64,000 nucleotides of DNA from Clostridia bacterium (GCA_030526425.1 JAUNCT010000002.1:1-64000); one strand, 5' to 3'. Shown: positions 1-10,391, counted from the first letter of the stretch. Notes: generated by a model not told the origin, from the sequence alone. Numbers and translations are program-made.

Positions 1-1
1 G

Positions 2-286
2 GCTTCCGCCTCGGCCGCGATCGACGCCGCGATCGCCGAGCTCGTCGCCGATGAGACCATGACCTTCGACGCCATCGATTACGATGAAAGCCGCACGGAG
101 TTCCGCCTCATCCTCACCGGGAAAGACGTCAGCATCGCAGAATACGCTTCCGGCATCTCCTTCCTCACCCTCGGCGCGCTGTATTCCATGTACGCGACGG
201 GCAATGTGTGCCCCGTGACCGCGACCTTCTACGGTGCGGACGGCACCGCACTCGAAACCATGACCTCCGCACAGTTCGGTTTCTGA
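2..286 (+). CDS. 3' end of an unidentified protein (partial, runs off window start)
   Basis: Open frame from position 2 to a stop at 284-286, followed by a strong hairpin terminator. No recognisable motif. Confidence 0.3.
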   Translation, partial: ASASAAIDAAIAELVADETMTFDAIDYDESRTEFRLILTGKDVSIAEYASGISFLTLGALYSMYATGNVCPVTATFYGADGTALETMTSAQFGF

Positions 287-296
287 ACCGCACACG

Positions 297-331
297 CAAA
301 AAAAGGACGACCCGCAGGTCGTCCTTTTTTC
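297..331. terminator. Bidirectional rho-independent terminator
   Basis: A-run, then stem ggacgacc (305-312) / ggtcgtcc (317-324), then T-run. Sits between convergent genes. Confidence 0.7.
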
Positions 332-333
332 AT

Positions 334-921
334 TCATCCGCTGCGCTTCCGCCCGAGATAGCGGCAAACCTCCCGTCGGTACGCTTCGTACCGGTCGCCG
401 AATTCCCGCGCAAGGTACTTCTCCTCCTGCAATATCTGCAGGTGCAGCATCGTCACCGCGAACACCGTGGCGAGCAAAAGCCACACATTTCCGTACATCA
501 ACAGAACTCCGAGGTACATCAGGTCGAACCCGAGGAACGCGGGATTCCGGCTGATGCGGAACACGCCTTCGGAAACAAAGGGTCTGTGCTCCGATGCGGC
601 AACGCCGGCACGCCACGAATCGCGCATGGTGTACGCCGCCGCGGCAAAAAACGCATCGCCCGCAAGTCCGGTGACAAAACCCGCAGTGCGCCAAACGTTT
701 CCCAACAAGGAAGCCCCGCAGGCGATGCTCACCAGCTGTACCGCGGACACAAGGATCGTTGCGGCCTTCATCACAAGCTCCGTGCGGTAGCGCGCCGGGT
801 CCGTTTTGTCCCTTGCGATCGCGTCCGTCCGGATGCCCCGGCGCCGCTGTGCGAACATCTTTCCGAAATAGGCTCCGTAAAACAAGGCCAATACCCCGCA
901 TGCGGCGATGTCGTAACGCAT
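334..921 (-). CDS. Isoprenylcysteine carboxyl methyltransferase (ICMT)/phospholipid methyltransferase family membrane protein
   Basis: 195 aa, multi-TM. C-terminal RNPAFLGFDLMYLG...EE.L..FG..Y..Y motif typical of the ICMT/PEMT family. Confidence 0.7.
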   Translation of the reverse strand: MRYDIAACGVLALFYGAYFGKMFAQRRRGIRTDAIARDKTDPARYRTELVMKAATILVSAVQLVSIACGASLLGNVWRTAGFVTGLAGDAFFAAAAYTMRDSWRAGVAASEHRPFVSEGVFRISRNPAFLGFDLMYLGVLLMYGNVWLLLATVFAVTMLHLQILQEEKYLAREFGDRYEAYRREVCRYLGRKRSG

Positions 922-963
922 TTCTTTCTCCTTTCAAACACAAAAGACCCCCGGAGGGATCTT

Positions 964-1716
964 TCAGAAAAGCAAACTCACATTGCCGTACACGAGCATG
1001 CGGATGAGCCCGATGGCGGCGAGGTGTGCGGGATAGTACAAGTAGAAGAACCACTTCATCCACTTCGCCTTGCCGCGTTCGCCGTTATAGTGAGCGAGCA
1101 GCGGCCACACCATCAGCACGCCCACGAGTTCGAGCGCATAGGCCTTCGAAACGAAGAAGAACGAGACGATGCCGTACACAAGCACCCATTGGCACATGCC
1201 GAGCATCTGCTTTTTGAGGTTCCCGCGGTTGCCGTACATCGTAAGGACCGCCAGCACCGCAGGGCAGCTCCAGTCCGCGGGGAGCGCGGCGAAGATCAGC
1301 ACCGCCTGCAAGGTGATACGCTGCCACCGCTTCCATGTCGGCGTATTGTCTTCGATGTACAACGCCAGCACCGCGAGGAACAGCGGCAGCATCACGCTCG
1401 TGCGGTTGAGGAAGCTTCCCGTCGTCGGGTCGAGCGGGATGCCGAACGCAAAGCAGTACGCAAAATGCGAAACGATCGCGAACAGCCCGAGCCGCAGCAA
1501 ATACTTTTTGACGTTGCGCGTGTGGGCGTACCCCTCGCACACGAAAAACCACATGATGGGCGCCGTAAGCCTGCCGATGAAATGCAGCGCCAGCGGCACG
1601 GGCTCCGCAGGGAAGCCCGGAAAAAACAGATCCGTCGCGTGGTCGACCGTCATCGCGAGGATCGCGATCAGCTTGAGGTGGTTCGCGTTCAGGCGAAACC
1701 CCGGTTTCGTTTCCAT
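964..1716 (-). CDS. TraX family membrane protein
   Basis: Polytopic membrane protein with a TraX-like sequence (LKLIAILAMTVDH...YLYYPAHL). Start moved to the internal ATG at 1714-1716 because the longer ORF would overlap the TetR gene. Confidence 0.65.
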   Translation of the reverse strand: METKPGFRLNANHLKLIAILAMTVDHATDLFFPGFPAEPVPLALHFIGRLTAPIMWFFVCEGYAHTRNVKKYLLRLGLFAIVSHFAYCFAFGIPLDPTTGSFLNRTSVMLPLFLAVLALYIEDNTPTWKRWQRITLQAVLIFAALPADWSCPAVLAVLTMYGNRGNLKKQMLGMCQWVLVYGIVSFFFVSKAYALELVGVLMVWPLLAHYNGERGKAKWMKWFFYLYYPAHLAAIGLIRMLVYGNVSLLF

Positions 1717-1760
1717 CCTCTGTGCCCCTTGCCCCGCGCATGGCAGAGCCGGTCCGTTCC

Positions 1761-2363
1761 TTACCGCCCGGTCCCGTAGACCTCGGCGAAATGGCGCATG
1801 TGCCGTTCCGCCATCGCGAGGAATTCCGCTTCGCGCTCGGGCTCGCGGTCGTTGTGCTGAATGAGCAGGCTCACCGGTGCAGTGTATTCGAGCGCCATCA
1901 TTTCGGAACCGAGGTCCTTCAGCTGCCCGCAGGCGATCAGGTGTTCGATGCACACGCGGTTCAAACGCATCACGCCCTCGAGCTGGTGCGCGCTCGTCAG
2001 AGCGGCGATCTTCCGGTTGCGGAACTGCTCCATCGCCATCATTCTGCGGACGTTGCGGATGCGCTCATCGTGCAGGGTGAACTGCAGGCGCTTTTGGGAA
2101 GCCGCGATGAACTCCTCCATCGTTTCGGGGAGCCGCCCCATCTTCTCCGCAGTGCCGAAGTTTTCGCAATAATACGCTTCGATTTGGTCGATCAGCGTAT
2201 CGAGCAGAGCTTCCTTGCCCTTGAAATAATGGTACAGCGCCGGCCCTTTGATGCCGACCGAATCGGCGATCTCATCCACGCCGACACCGTCGTAGCCCCG
2301 GTCCGCAAACAGCTTCAGCGCCGCATCCAGGATCTGTTCTTTTTTCGAGAGTTTCGTTTCCAT
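1761..2363 (-). CDS. TetR/AcrR family transcriptional regulator
   Basis: N-terminal HTH ILDAALKLFADRGYDGVGVDEIADSVGIKGPALYHYFKGKEAL is a canonical TetR_N domain. 200 aa. Confidence 0.85.
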   Translation of the reverse strand: METKLSKKEQILDAALKLFADRGYDGVGVDEIADSVGIKGPALYHYFKGKEALLDTLIDQIEAYYCENFGTAEKMGRLPETMEEFIAASQKRLQFTLHDERIRNVRRMMAMEQFRNRKIAALTSAHQLEGVMRLNRVCIEHLIACGQLKDLGSEMMALEYTAPVSLLIQHNDREPEREAEFLAMAERHMRHFAEVYGTGR

Positions 2364-2443
2364 CGCATCCTCCGTGTTTAACGGTCATTAAACATATTCT
2401 AATACTGTATCGCGCCCCCGTCAAGCCGATGCCGTCACGGCGC

Positions 2444-2476
2444 AAAAAAAGAGCGCCGCGCGGGCGCTCTTTTTAT
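2444..2476. terminator. Bidirectional terminator between the TetR gene and tdk
   Basis: A7 run, then stem agagcgcc/ggcgctct, then T5 run. Confidence 0.7.
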
Positions 2477-2519
2477 TATGCGGGATATCGCTTTATTTTG
2501 CAATAGCTTGCGGCGGTGT

Positions 2520-3113
2520 TCACTCTTCCGTACACTCGCCTGCGCGGAGACCGGGACCGGGGTCGCCCAGCATCCAGTGCTTGCGGCACAGCCCGATGTA
2601 TTTGTCGTTCGCGCCGAGCACGACCTGTTCGCCCTCGCGCGTGACGCCGCCCTTGCCGTCGAGGCGGGCGTTGTTCGTTGCCTTGCGTCCGCACCAGCAG
2701 ATGGTCTTGACCTCTTCGATGGTGTCGGCACGCGCCAGAAGCCAGTGGCTCCCGGGGAAGAAATCCCCCTTGAAATCGGTGCGAAGACCGTAGCAGATGA
2801 CCGGAACATCGAGCGTGTCCACGATGGTAACGAGGTTGTCGACCTGTTCCTTCGTCATGAACTGCGCCTCGTCGATGATGAGGCAGTCGTACTCGTGCGC
2901 GCGGACCTTGTCCATGTCGAGCTCGTCGAGCCAGATGCACTCCGCCTCGAGACCGCAGCGTGACCAGACCTTGCGCGCACCGTTGCGCGTGTCGACCGCG
3001 GGTTTGAGCAGAATGGCGTTCTTGCCGCGTTCGCGGTAGTTATACCACACCATGATCGCATTCGCCGTTTTCGAGGAGCCCATCGCTCCGTAACGGAAGT
3101 ACAGTTTCGCCAT
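2520..3113 (-). CDS. tdk: Thymidine kinase
   Basis: MAKLYFRYGAMGSSKT P-loop start, DEAQF motif and C-terminal Cys4 zinc ribbon (CWCGRKA...CRKH). 197 aa. Confidence 0.95.
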   Translation of the reverse strand: MAKLYFRYGAMGSSKTANAIMVWYNYRERGKNAILLKPAVDTRNGARKVWSRCGLEAECIWLDELDMDKVRAHEYDCLIIDEAQFMTKEQVDNLVTIVDTLDVPVICYGLRTDFKGDFFPGSHWLLARADTIEEVKTICWCGRKATNNARLDGKGGVTREGEQVVLGANDKYIGLCRKHWMLGDPGPGLRAGECTEE

Positions 3114-3196
3114 TTGTTTCCTCCCCCCGTCCGCGCCTTGCGCCGGACACTGCCGCCTATTATATCAAAGACCGCACGGGTCCGCCACATCGTTTT

Positions 3197-4117
3197 TCAG
3201 AAGGCGTACTTTTCGGTGTAGTTCGCGTCGTCGTTCAAAAACGATTCCGGTACGCCCGCGTCCGCAAAGGTCGGATCCATGCGCCGCCAGCTCTTTCCGT
3301 CGAAGTACACGACGTTCTCGAGCCACCCGGCTTCCTCCGTCCACACGCCGATCCACGCGTGGTACTGCGTGCCGGCGTATCCCATGATGAGCTTCGTCGG
3401 GATCCCGACGGAGCGGAGCATCCCCGCCATGAGCGCCGCGTAATCGAAGCAGATGCCCTTTTTGTTGCGGAGCGCCGCATCGAGGTCGGGCACGTAGCCC
3501 GACTGCACGTTGCTCGCGAGCGCCTCGTCGTAGCGGAGCTCTCCGAGAACGAAGTCGTACACGCGCGCCACGCAGGTCAGCGTGTCGTTCGCGCCCCGCG
3601 TGAGTTCCGCGGCTTTTTTCACGGTCTCCGGCGCGTCCTGCCAGTTCACATAACGGTTCGGGTGCAGGAAGGGTGCGAACGCGTCGCGCAGCGCGACTTC
3701 CGCATCCGCCGAAACCAGCACGGCGTAGCGGTCGTCCGCCACGTTCACGAGCACAGTCACGCGGTAGTTCCCGTCCCCTTCCGTAAGCGGCAGCGCCGCC
3801 CATGCTCCGTTATCGATGGGGTAGGTCATCGTCGAAGCGGGTCCCTTGACCTGCGCCTTCAGCTTGCGCCCCGCCGCGTCCTCGCCGCGCACCATGACAT
3901 AGCCCTCCGAAACGTTCGAGGTGTCGACCTCCGCAAACTCCGTCCGCTTGCCCGAAAGCCCCGGCGCCGTGTTGAACAGCGCCTCCGTCATCACCTTCGG
4001 ACGGACGCCGACCGACTCGAGCCGCACCGCCGTCTGCCGCGAACAGGCACAGCAAACAAGCCCGCAGAGCATGCAGGCGCAGAGCAGTCGTATGCGGTTG
4101 CGGCGTCGGTTCGTCAT
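3197..4117 (-). CDS. Transglutaminase-like domain lipoprotein
   Basis: Lipobox-like Cys-rich signal (LLCACMLCGLVCCAC). Transglutaminase core GICFDYAALMAGMLRSVGIPTKLIMGY...YHAWIGVW, consistent with a Cys/His catalytic pair. Confidence 0.65.
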   Translation of the reverse strand: MTNRRRNRIRLLCACMLCGLVCCACSRQTAVRLESVGVRPKVMTEALFNTAPGLSGKRTEFAEVDTSNVSEGYVMVRGEDAAGRKLKAQVKGPASTMTYPIDNGAWAALPLTEGDGNYRVTVLVNVADDRYAVLVSADAEVALRDAFAPFLHPNRYVNWQDAPETVKKAAELTRGANDTLTCVARVYDFVLGELRYDEALASNVQSGYVPDLDAALRNKKGICFDYAALMAGMLRSVGIPTKLIMGYAGTQYHAWIGVWTEEAGWLENVVYFDGKSWRRMDPTFADAGVPESFLNDDANYTEKYAF

Positions 4118-4121
4118 CCGC

Positions 4122-5666
4122 TCAGTCTCCTTTTGCGAGTTCCGTCAGTTTTCCGAGGATACGCACCATCGCGTAGGTGTCCAACCCGCAGTACTCCAGC
4201 AGCTGTCTGCGGATCCGTTCCCGCGGTTCTCCCGCGGTGAGTGCCATGCGTATGAACGCGTCCGGCGCCTCGGCGCCGTTGTGCACGCCCTCCAGCGCCC
4301 CGTAATCGAGTGCGGGATCGTCCGGAAACAGGGCGGGCAGCACCTTTTTCAGTGAGCACGAGCCGTGCGTTGCCGCCGGGACCACCATGCGCTTGCGGAA
4401 CGGCAGCATGAGGTCCGTGAGGTTCCCCGCGATGGCGTTCAGGTGCGGCGCAAGGTCGGCGTACCGTTCGCCGAGCCCCGTCAGCACGCCCTGTTCGAAG
4501 CCGCTGCACCAGGCGAGCACGCAGGCGTCGCGCGGGATCTCGCGGCAAAGCCGCTCCGCGATCTCGCGCTGCGGGTCGGCTTCCCGCTCATCGGGCAGGG
4601 GCGCGAGGTATTCGGTATGTCCGGGTTCCGCGCCGGGCGCTTCCTGCACATGCAGAGAATACTGAAAGGGCATGAACTCATACGGTCGCATCCCGGGGTA
4701 CAGCGGCACGGGCGCGTTCAGCGTTTCGAAATCCAGATGATACAGCGGGTAATGCAGCGTGCCGAGGAATCCCGCCAGCGCCTCGCGGTCCACCGCGATC
4801 CCCGTTTCGGGTCCCTGTTCCGCGGCATCGAGCTGCATCCGCGCCGTCGCGCACAGGCGTTTCACCGTTCTGAGCTGTTCGAAGGAGACCTTGCCCTCGC
4901 CGTACAGGCGCAGCTTCGTCGTCAGCTGCATCCCGCCGAGGTCGAACACGTTCGGGCTCGGCAGCCCGGCATCCTCCGCGCAGCGCCCGAAGTACGGGCA
5001 CCGTTCCGGCTTGAAGCAATGCGCGCCGAAGTCCACCCCGGGTGGCGTCCGCCGTGCGACCGTATCGCTTGCCTCCGACAGGCGCTGTGCCGCGAACCCC
5101 GCGCGGTTTTGCACGCGGCAGGTGATATCCTCGGTGATCAGCAGTTCCTCCGGCACGAGCGTCCCGCCGTGCACGTAGTTCGGGTCGGGGCGCAGCACCC
5201 GCACGCCCGCGGGCGTGTACCCGAGCGTCTGCAGCGTCACACAGAAGCACGCCGCGCGTTCCGTCAGGCTGTCGGGGATGCGGAACCCGTCGCACACGTA
5301 TACCACGCCGATGCGCCCGCCGGCACAACGCACCAGGGCGTCCGCCTCCGCAAGGCGCCCTTCACAGGTCAGTGCCGCGCCGAAGACCCGCCGCGCGCCG
5401 TTTGCCAGCGCACGCTCGGTCGCAAAGCAACGCTCTTCAGCGTCCGCCTCCGGGGCGATCGCAACGTTGCCTTCCCGCATGCCGCCCATCCGCAGCCGCG
5501 CCGCGCGGAGCAGCTGCTCGCGCCCCGCCGAGGGGGACACCTCCGGACAGGCACCGTCGCGGTAGGCGAACCAAAGCCGTTTCGGGCAGGAGAGCCCCGA
5601 AAGATACTGCGCTTCCGTCAAATACGCCGTGTGCACCGGTACTCCCCCCTTCCGAAGCCTTTGCAT
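4122..5666 (-). CDS. DUF2779 domain protein (PD-(D/E)XK/Cas4-like nuclease fold family)
   Basis: N-terminal YLSGLSCPKRLWF and central YHLDFETLNAPVPLY motifs match my recollection of DUF2779 proteins. 514 aa. Confidence 0.55.
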   Translation of the reverse strand: MQRLRKGGVPVHTAYLTEAQYLSGLSCPKRLWFAYRDGACPEVSPSAGREQLLRAARLRMGGMREGNVAIAPEADAEERCFATERALANGARRVFGAALTCEGRLAEADALVRCAGGRIGVVYVCDGFRIPDSLTERAACFCVTLQTLGYTPAGVRVLRPDPNYVHGGTLVPEELLITEDITCRVQNRAGFAAQRLSEASDTVARRTPPGVDFGAHCFKPERCPYFGRCAEDAGLPSPNVFDLGGMQLTTKLRLYGEGKVSFEQLRTVKRLCATARMQLDAAEQGPETGIAVDREALAGFLGTLHYPLYHLDFETLNAPVPLYPGMRPYEFMPFQYSLHVQEAPGAEPGHTEYLAPLPDEREADPQREIAERLCREIPRDACVLAWCSGFEQGVLTGLGERYADLAPHLNAIAGNLTDLMLPFRKRMVVPAATHGSCSLKKVLPALFPDDPALDYGALEGVHNGAEAPDAFIRMALTAGEPRERIRRQLLEYCGLDTYAMVRILGKLTELAKGD

Positions 5667-5742
5667 CCGTATTTATCATACTCCTATCCGCTCCAAAAAG
5701 AAACAGAGCGCCGTTCCGGCGCCCTGCATCGGGTATCCTGTG

Positions 5743-6153
5743 TTATTGTTCTTTCCGCATCAGGTCGGCGAGCGTGACGCCGTCGAGATAATCGTTCACG
5801 GTTTCCGTCAACCCGCTCCAAAGCGTGTGGGTGCGGCAGTCGCACTCGTGCGTGCAGCGTTCCGCGCCGTTCGCCATGCAGGCCACGGGCACGAGGTCGC
5901 CCTCCGTCAACCGCAGGATCTCTCCGATGCGGTATTCCTCGGGTTTCCGCAACAGGCGGTATCCGCCGCCCTTGCCCGTCACGCCTTCGATGAGCCCGTT
6001 CGCGACCAGTACCGGAAGGATCTTTTCGAGGTATTTCAGCGAGATGCCGTGCTTTTCCGCCACGTCCTTCATGGCGACGTATCCGTCGGGACCGTGCTCG
6101 GCAAGCTCGACCATCACACGGAGGGCGTATCTGCCCCGCGTGGAGACCATCAT
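5743..6153 (-). CDS. Rrf2 family transcriptional regulator (IscR/CymR-like)
   Basis: RGRYALRVMVELA...YVAMKDVAEKHGISLKYLEKIL HTH. Three Cys (CMANGAERCTHEC) suggest Fe-S ligation, as in IscR. Confidence 0.85.
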   Translation of the reverse strand: MMVSTRGRYALRVMVELAEHGPDGYVAMKDVAEKHGISLKYLEKILPVLVANGLIEGVTGKGGGYRLLRKPEEYRIGEILRLTEGDLVPVACMANGAERCTHECDCRTHTLWSGLTETVNDYLDGVTLADLMRKEQ

Positions 6154-6178
6154 ACCGCTTCCTCCCTTCGCGCGGTGC

Positions 6179-6613
6179 TCAATGGCAGCCGCAGTGATCG
6201 CAATCGCAGCCCTCCGGGAACATCGCGGGGTCGTACGCGATGCCGTTCTTGTCGTAGTAGTCCTTGACCGCCGCCTTGATCGCCTCCTCCGCGAGAACGG
6301 AGCAGTGCAGCTTGTGCGCCGGCAGACCGCCGAGCGCCTCGGTGACCGCCTTGTTCGTGAGCTCCAGCGCCTCGGAAAGCGGCTTGCCCTTGATGAGCTC
6401 CGTTGCCATGCTGCTCGAAGCGATCGCGCTGCCGCAGCCGAAGGTCTCGAACTTGACGTCGGTGATGACGTCGTTCTCGATCTTCAGGTAGATCTTCATG
6501 ATGTCGCCGCAAACGGGGTTGCCGACCTCACCGACGCCGGAGGGATCCTCCATCACGCCGACATTGCGCGGGTTGCGGAAGTGGTCCATGACCTTTTCAC
6601 TGTATAATGCCAT
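6179..6613 (-). CDS. nifU: Fe-S cluster assembly scaffold protein, NifU/IscU N-terminal-domain type
   Basis: YSEKVMDHFRNPRNVG...GNPVCGD...FGCGSAIASS...HCS scaffold motifs. 144 aa. Confidence 0.9.
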   Translation of the reverse strand: MALYSEKVMDHFRNPRNVGVMEDPSGVGEVGNPVCGDIMKIYLKIENDVITDVKFETFGCGSAIASSSMATELIKGKPLSEALELTNKAVTEALGGLPAHKLHCSVLAEEAIKAAVKDYYDKNGIAYDPAMFPEGCDCDHCGCH

Positions 6614-6625
6614 AACGGTTTCTCC

Positions 6626-7825
6626 TTATTTCGCAAAAATGTGGGGGCGCTTTCCGCTCTCGAGGTCGCGCCAGAAGGGGGACATGCCGCGGAGGTACGC
6701 AACGACCTCCTTGACGGCTTCGATCGTGTAGTCGATCTCTTCCACGGTCACGTCCTCGCCGAAGGAGAGACGCAGGGAACCGTGTGCGACTTCGTGCGGG
6801 CGGCCGATGGCCAGCAGCACGTGGCTCGGGTCGAGCGAACCGGAGGTGCAGGCGGAGCCGGAGCTCGCCGAAACGCCCTTGTCGTCGAGCAGCAGCAGCA
6901 GGGATTCACCCTCGATGCCCTCGAAGCAGAAGTTCACCGTGCCGGGCAGGCGGTGTTCGCGGTCGCCGTTCAGTTCGCCGTAGGGGATCTCCGAAAGCCC
7001 CGCGATCAAACGGTCGCGCAGGGGGATCATCTTCGCTTCATACGCGGCGATGTTCGCGGTCGCTTCCTCGAGCGCCGCCGCAAGACCCATGATCGCCGGA
7101 ACGTTTTCCGTACCCGCGCGCTTGCCGCGCTCCTGCGCGCCGCCCTCGATGAGGTTCACGAGCGGGATGCCCTTTTTCGCATACAGAACGCCGGCGCCCT
7201 TCGGACCGTGGAACTTATGCGCCGAGATCGACAGCATGTCGATGTTCTGCGCCTTGACGTCGATGGTCGTGTGACCCGCCGCCTGCACGGCGTCGGTGTG
7301 GAACAGCACGCCCTTTTCGCGGCAGACCGCGCCGATCTCGGCGATGGGCTGCACGGTGCCGATCTCGTTGTTGGCGAACATGACGGTCACAAGGCAGGTA
7401 TCCTCGCGGATGGCGTTCGCGACCTCTTCCGCGGTGACGATGCCGTTGGCGTGCACATCGAGCAGGGTGACTTCGAAGCCCTGTTCCTTCTCGAGCTTTT
7501 TCAGCGTGTGCAGCACGGCGTGGTGTTCGAACGCGGTCGAGATGATGTGCTTCTTGCCGCGGCGCTCACCGCTCTTTGCCGCCGAGACGATCGCCTGGTT
7601 GTCGGCTTCGCTGCCGCCGGAGGTGAAGATGATCTCCCGCGGTTCCGCGCCGATGCACTTTGCGACGCGTGCGCGCGCATTTTCCAGTGCTTCCTTCGCC
7701 TCCTGCCCGATGGTGTACAGGCTCGAGGGGTTGCCGTAGATCTCCGCCATGTAAGGAAGCATCGCTTGGATGGCGGTGTTGCTCATTTTCGTGGTCGCGG
7801 CGTTGTCCGCGTAGATCCTCATCAT
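6626..7825 (-). CDS. nifS: Cysteine desulfurase (NifS/IscS class, PLP-dependent)
   Basis: [12 protein letters not shown] start with an [22 protein letters not shown]-lysine motif and SSGSACTSG active-site Cys loop. Start set at the ATG at 7823-7825. Confidence 0.9.
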   Translation of the reverse strand: MMRIYADNAATTKMSNTAIQAMLPYMAEIYGNPSSLYTIGQEAKEALENARARVAKCIGAEPREIIFTSGGSEADNQAIVSAAKSGERRGKKHIISTAFEHHAVLHTLKKLEKEQGFEVTLLDVHANGIVTAEEVANAIREDTCLVTVMFANNEIGTVQPIAEIGAVCREKGVLFHTDAVQAAGHTTIDVKAQNIDMLSISAHKFHGPKGAGVLYAKKGIPLVNLIEGGAQERGKRAGTENVPAIMGLAAALEEATANIAAYEAKMIPLRDRLIAGLSEIPYGELNGDREHRLPGTVNFCFEGIEGESLLLLLDDKGVSASSGSACTSGSLDPSHVLLAIGRPHEVAHGSLRLSFGEDVTVEEIDYTIEAVKEVVAYLRGMSPFWRDLESGKRPHIFAK

Positions 7826-8039
7826 TGTCTTCTCCTGTCTTCCGGCACGTTGCCGGGTCCGTTTTCGTATCTTGTGCCGCAGGCTCCGGAGGCTTTCGCG
7901 CCCGAAGATCCCGGCGGACGATTCTCCTACCTTTTCGGTCGGTATCATGATACCCTCTTTTACCTACCTCGTCAAGGGGTAATACCAAAAGAAAACGGGA
8001 CCTCCGGAGAGATCCCGTCCGCGCGCAAAACGCGTTTTC

Positions 8040-9407
8040 TTATTTGACGAACGCAGCGGCGTTTTCGCCCGCGAGCGTACCGAACACGACGTTGACCGTC
8101 AGCGGCGCGTCGCCCATGGTGCCTTCGTCCGCGCACTCACCCGCAGCGTACATGCCGGGGATGACGTTGCCGGCCTCATCGAGGACCTCGGCCGCCGCAT
8201 TCACGGTGATACCGCCGAAGGTACCCTGCACAGCGGGCTTGGTCAGCAGCGCATAGTAGGGAGCGTTGGTCAGGTCGGTGGTGAAGTTCTTCTTGCCGAA
8301 GTCCGGGTCGCTGCCGTTCTTGGCGTAGGTCGTGAAGTCCGCGCAGGTCTTCAGGAAGGCTTCCTTGTCGACGTCGATCTTGTCGGCGAGCTCTTCGAGG
8401 GTGTCTGCCTTGACGAACCACTGCTCATAGGTCTTCGAAGCGGCGACCTTGTCGACGAGGGTCTGGTCGAAGATCATGTAGGTCTCGCCGCCCGCATTGA
8501 CGATGGCTTCGGAGTTCGGCGTGTAAGCGCCTTCCTCGTTGACGACGCGCACGCCCGCGTGGCTGACCTGGATGCAGCCGTTGATGCGGAAGGGTGCCGC
8601 GGAGATGCAGTTCTTCTCATCGAGGTAGTAAGCGGTCGGGTTGACCTTGACGTTGGTCATATGGGAGACCGCAGCGCCCGCTTCCATCGCAACGACGGTG
8701 CCTTCACCGGTCGCGCTGGCGGAGCAGGAGAAGCTGAGACCTTCCCAACGGGGGTCGAACTTCGTGACGAGCTCGTTGTTGGCCGCGAAACCGCCGGAGG
8801 TCACGACGACCGCCTTGCAGGCGATGGTGTACTCGCCGTTGACTTCGACGCCGCAGACCGCGCCTGCTTCATCGCGCAGGATCTTGGTCGCTTCCGCGTT
8901 GACGCGGTAGTCGATGCTGCGGTTCTTCAGCTCGTTCTCCATCGCGACGACCATCGGGTAGCCGGGGGCGCTGCCGTCCGCCGGACCGTGACCGAAGGTG
9001 TTGAACAGACGGGTCAGGTCCATGCCGATGCTGCAGAGCCAGTCGGCGGAAGCGCCGCTGTTCTCGGCGAGGAAGGTGATCGCGGAGATCTCGTTCGCCG
9101 GGTTGCCCTTGTGGAGCTTCGCGACCCACGCATCGACGGTCGCGCCTTCGATGCCGGCTTCGATCTGCAGCTTGGAACCGACCGCGTTGTACACGGAGGA
9201 ACCGAGCTTGGTGTTGCCGCCGACGGAAGCTTCCTTCTCGAGAAGGACGACCTTCGCGCCCGCGTTGTCCGCCTTGATGGCGGCGGTCATGCCCGCGCCG
9301 CCGGCGCCGATGACGACGACATCGCAAGTCGTTTCCGCTTCCGCGAAAGCGACCGTCATGCTCATGAGCATCATGAGCGTCAGTACGACCGAAACGATCT
9401 TTTTCAT
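8040..9407 (-). CDS. Secreted FAD-dependent oxidoreductase, fumarate-reductase/flavocytochrome-c flavoprotein family
   Basis: Signal peptide, dinucleotide fold DVVVIGAGGAGMTAAI, C-terminal GMYAAGECA motif of FRD/SDH-like flavoproteins. Hairpin terminator just downstream (8000-8030 region). Confidence 0.8.
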   Translation of the reverse strand: MKKIVSVVLTLMMLMSMTVAFAEAETTCDVVVIGAGGAGMTAAIKADNAGAKVVLLEKEASVGGNTKLGSSVYNAVGSKLQIEAGIEGATVDAWVAKLHKGNPANEISAITFLAENSGASADWLCSIGMDLTRLFNTFGHGPADGSAPGYPMVVAMENELKNRSIDYRVNAEATKILRDEAGAVCGVEVNGEYTIACKAVVVTSGGFAANNELVTKFDPRWEGLSFSCSASATGEGTVVAMEAGAAVSHMTNVKVNPTAYYLDEKNCISAAPFRINGCIQVSHAGVRVVNEEGAYTPNSEAIVNAGGETYMIFDQTLVDKVAASKTYEQWFVKADTLEELADKIDVDKEAFLKTCADFTTYAKNGSDPDFGKKNFTTDLTNAPYYALLTKPAVQGTFGGITVNAAAEVLDEAGNVIPGMYAAGECADEGTMGDAPLTVNVVFGTLAGENAAAFVK

Positions 9408-9565
9408 TGTTTGACTCCCTTTGTGTGTGATTTCACGATACTTTATTATCGCACAAAAAAATTATAAATATACAAATACAGATTGTCAACGCACAGGACG
9501 AATCGGTCAAAAAAAGCCCCGGTCCGTTTTGGAACGAGGCATATTATGCATTTTGTGCATATTTA

Positions 9566-10210
9566 TTATTCACTCAGGATGCTCAGCGCCTTCGAAACGT
9601 TGATGTGCTTCTGCAGGGTCTGCGCCGCCGCCTGCGGGTTGCCGCCGATGAGCGCATCGAGGATCTTCAGGTGTTCCTCGCGCACGGCTTCCATGTTGTT
9701 GTTGAACAGCGCCATGTACCAGAACCGCTGCGACTGGAAGATGAGCTCCTGGCAATAACGCACAAGGTGGCGGTTCGGATACAGACGGATGAGCGTCTGG
9801 TGGAAGTTGAGGTCCGCCTGCAAAAAGCCGAGGTAGGTCTCGCGGCTGCCGTCCGTCAGGTCCATGTGCTGCCAGCGGTCGTGCAGGATGCGCAGCGTGT
9901 CGAGGTTCGAGCCGATCTCGTCGCCGAGCGTGCGCAAAATGTGCGTTTCGACGAGGCTCCGCGCGTCGTAGATGTCCTTCAGATCCTGCAGGGAGATCTT
10001 CGACACGGTCGTGCTCTTGCGCGGGTTGACGGTCACATACCCGTCGTAGGCGAGTTCGAGCAGCGCCTCGCGCACGGGCGTTTTCGAAATGCCGAGCAGC
10101 TCCGCCACCTCGTTGACGTTGATGGCGCTGCCGGGCGCCATGTCGCAGGTCACGATGCGGTCTTTGATGTAACTGAGCGCGAGTTCCTTCGAGTCGGTCT
10201 TTCCGTCCAT
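9566..10210 (-). CDS. GntR family transcriptional regulator (FadR/FCD subfamily)
   Basis: wHTH (LGISKTPVREALLELAYDGYV) plus C-terminal FCD-like helical domain. Divergent from the sugar-catabolic genes. Confidence 0.85.
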   Translation of the reverse strand: MDGKTDSKELALSYIKDRIVTCDMAPGSAINVNEVAELLGISKTPVREALLELAYDGYVTVNPRKSTTVSKISLQDLKDIYDARSLVETHILRTLGDEIGSNLDTLRILHDRWQHMDLTDGSRETYLGFLQADLNFHQTLIRLYPNRHLVRYCQELIFQSQRFWYMALFNNNMEAVREEHLKILDALIGGNPQAAAQTLQKHINVSKALSILSE

Positions 10211-10391
10211 GGGCGTCCCCTCCTTGTTGTTTTCAGTTTAGAGGGTATCGTTATATTTGTCAAACGGAAAATCCCGACCCGTGATATATCAGAACTGTGG
10301 GAGTTGCGGCGGATACCGCCAAGATATATCCTCCCGAATCCGCGAAAACCGATTGACATCAAGCGAAAACCGTGCTATATATAGGGCAAAG

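Noticed and set aside
208-1779. 523-aa plus-strand ORF spanning three minus-strand genes
   Set aside because: Arg/Pro/His-rich low-complexity translation with no start context. This is a typical high-GC antisense artefact. The minus-strand ICMT, TraX and TetR genes have real motifs.
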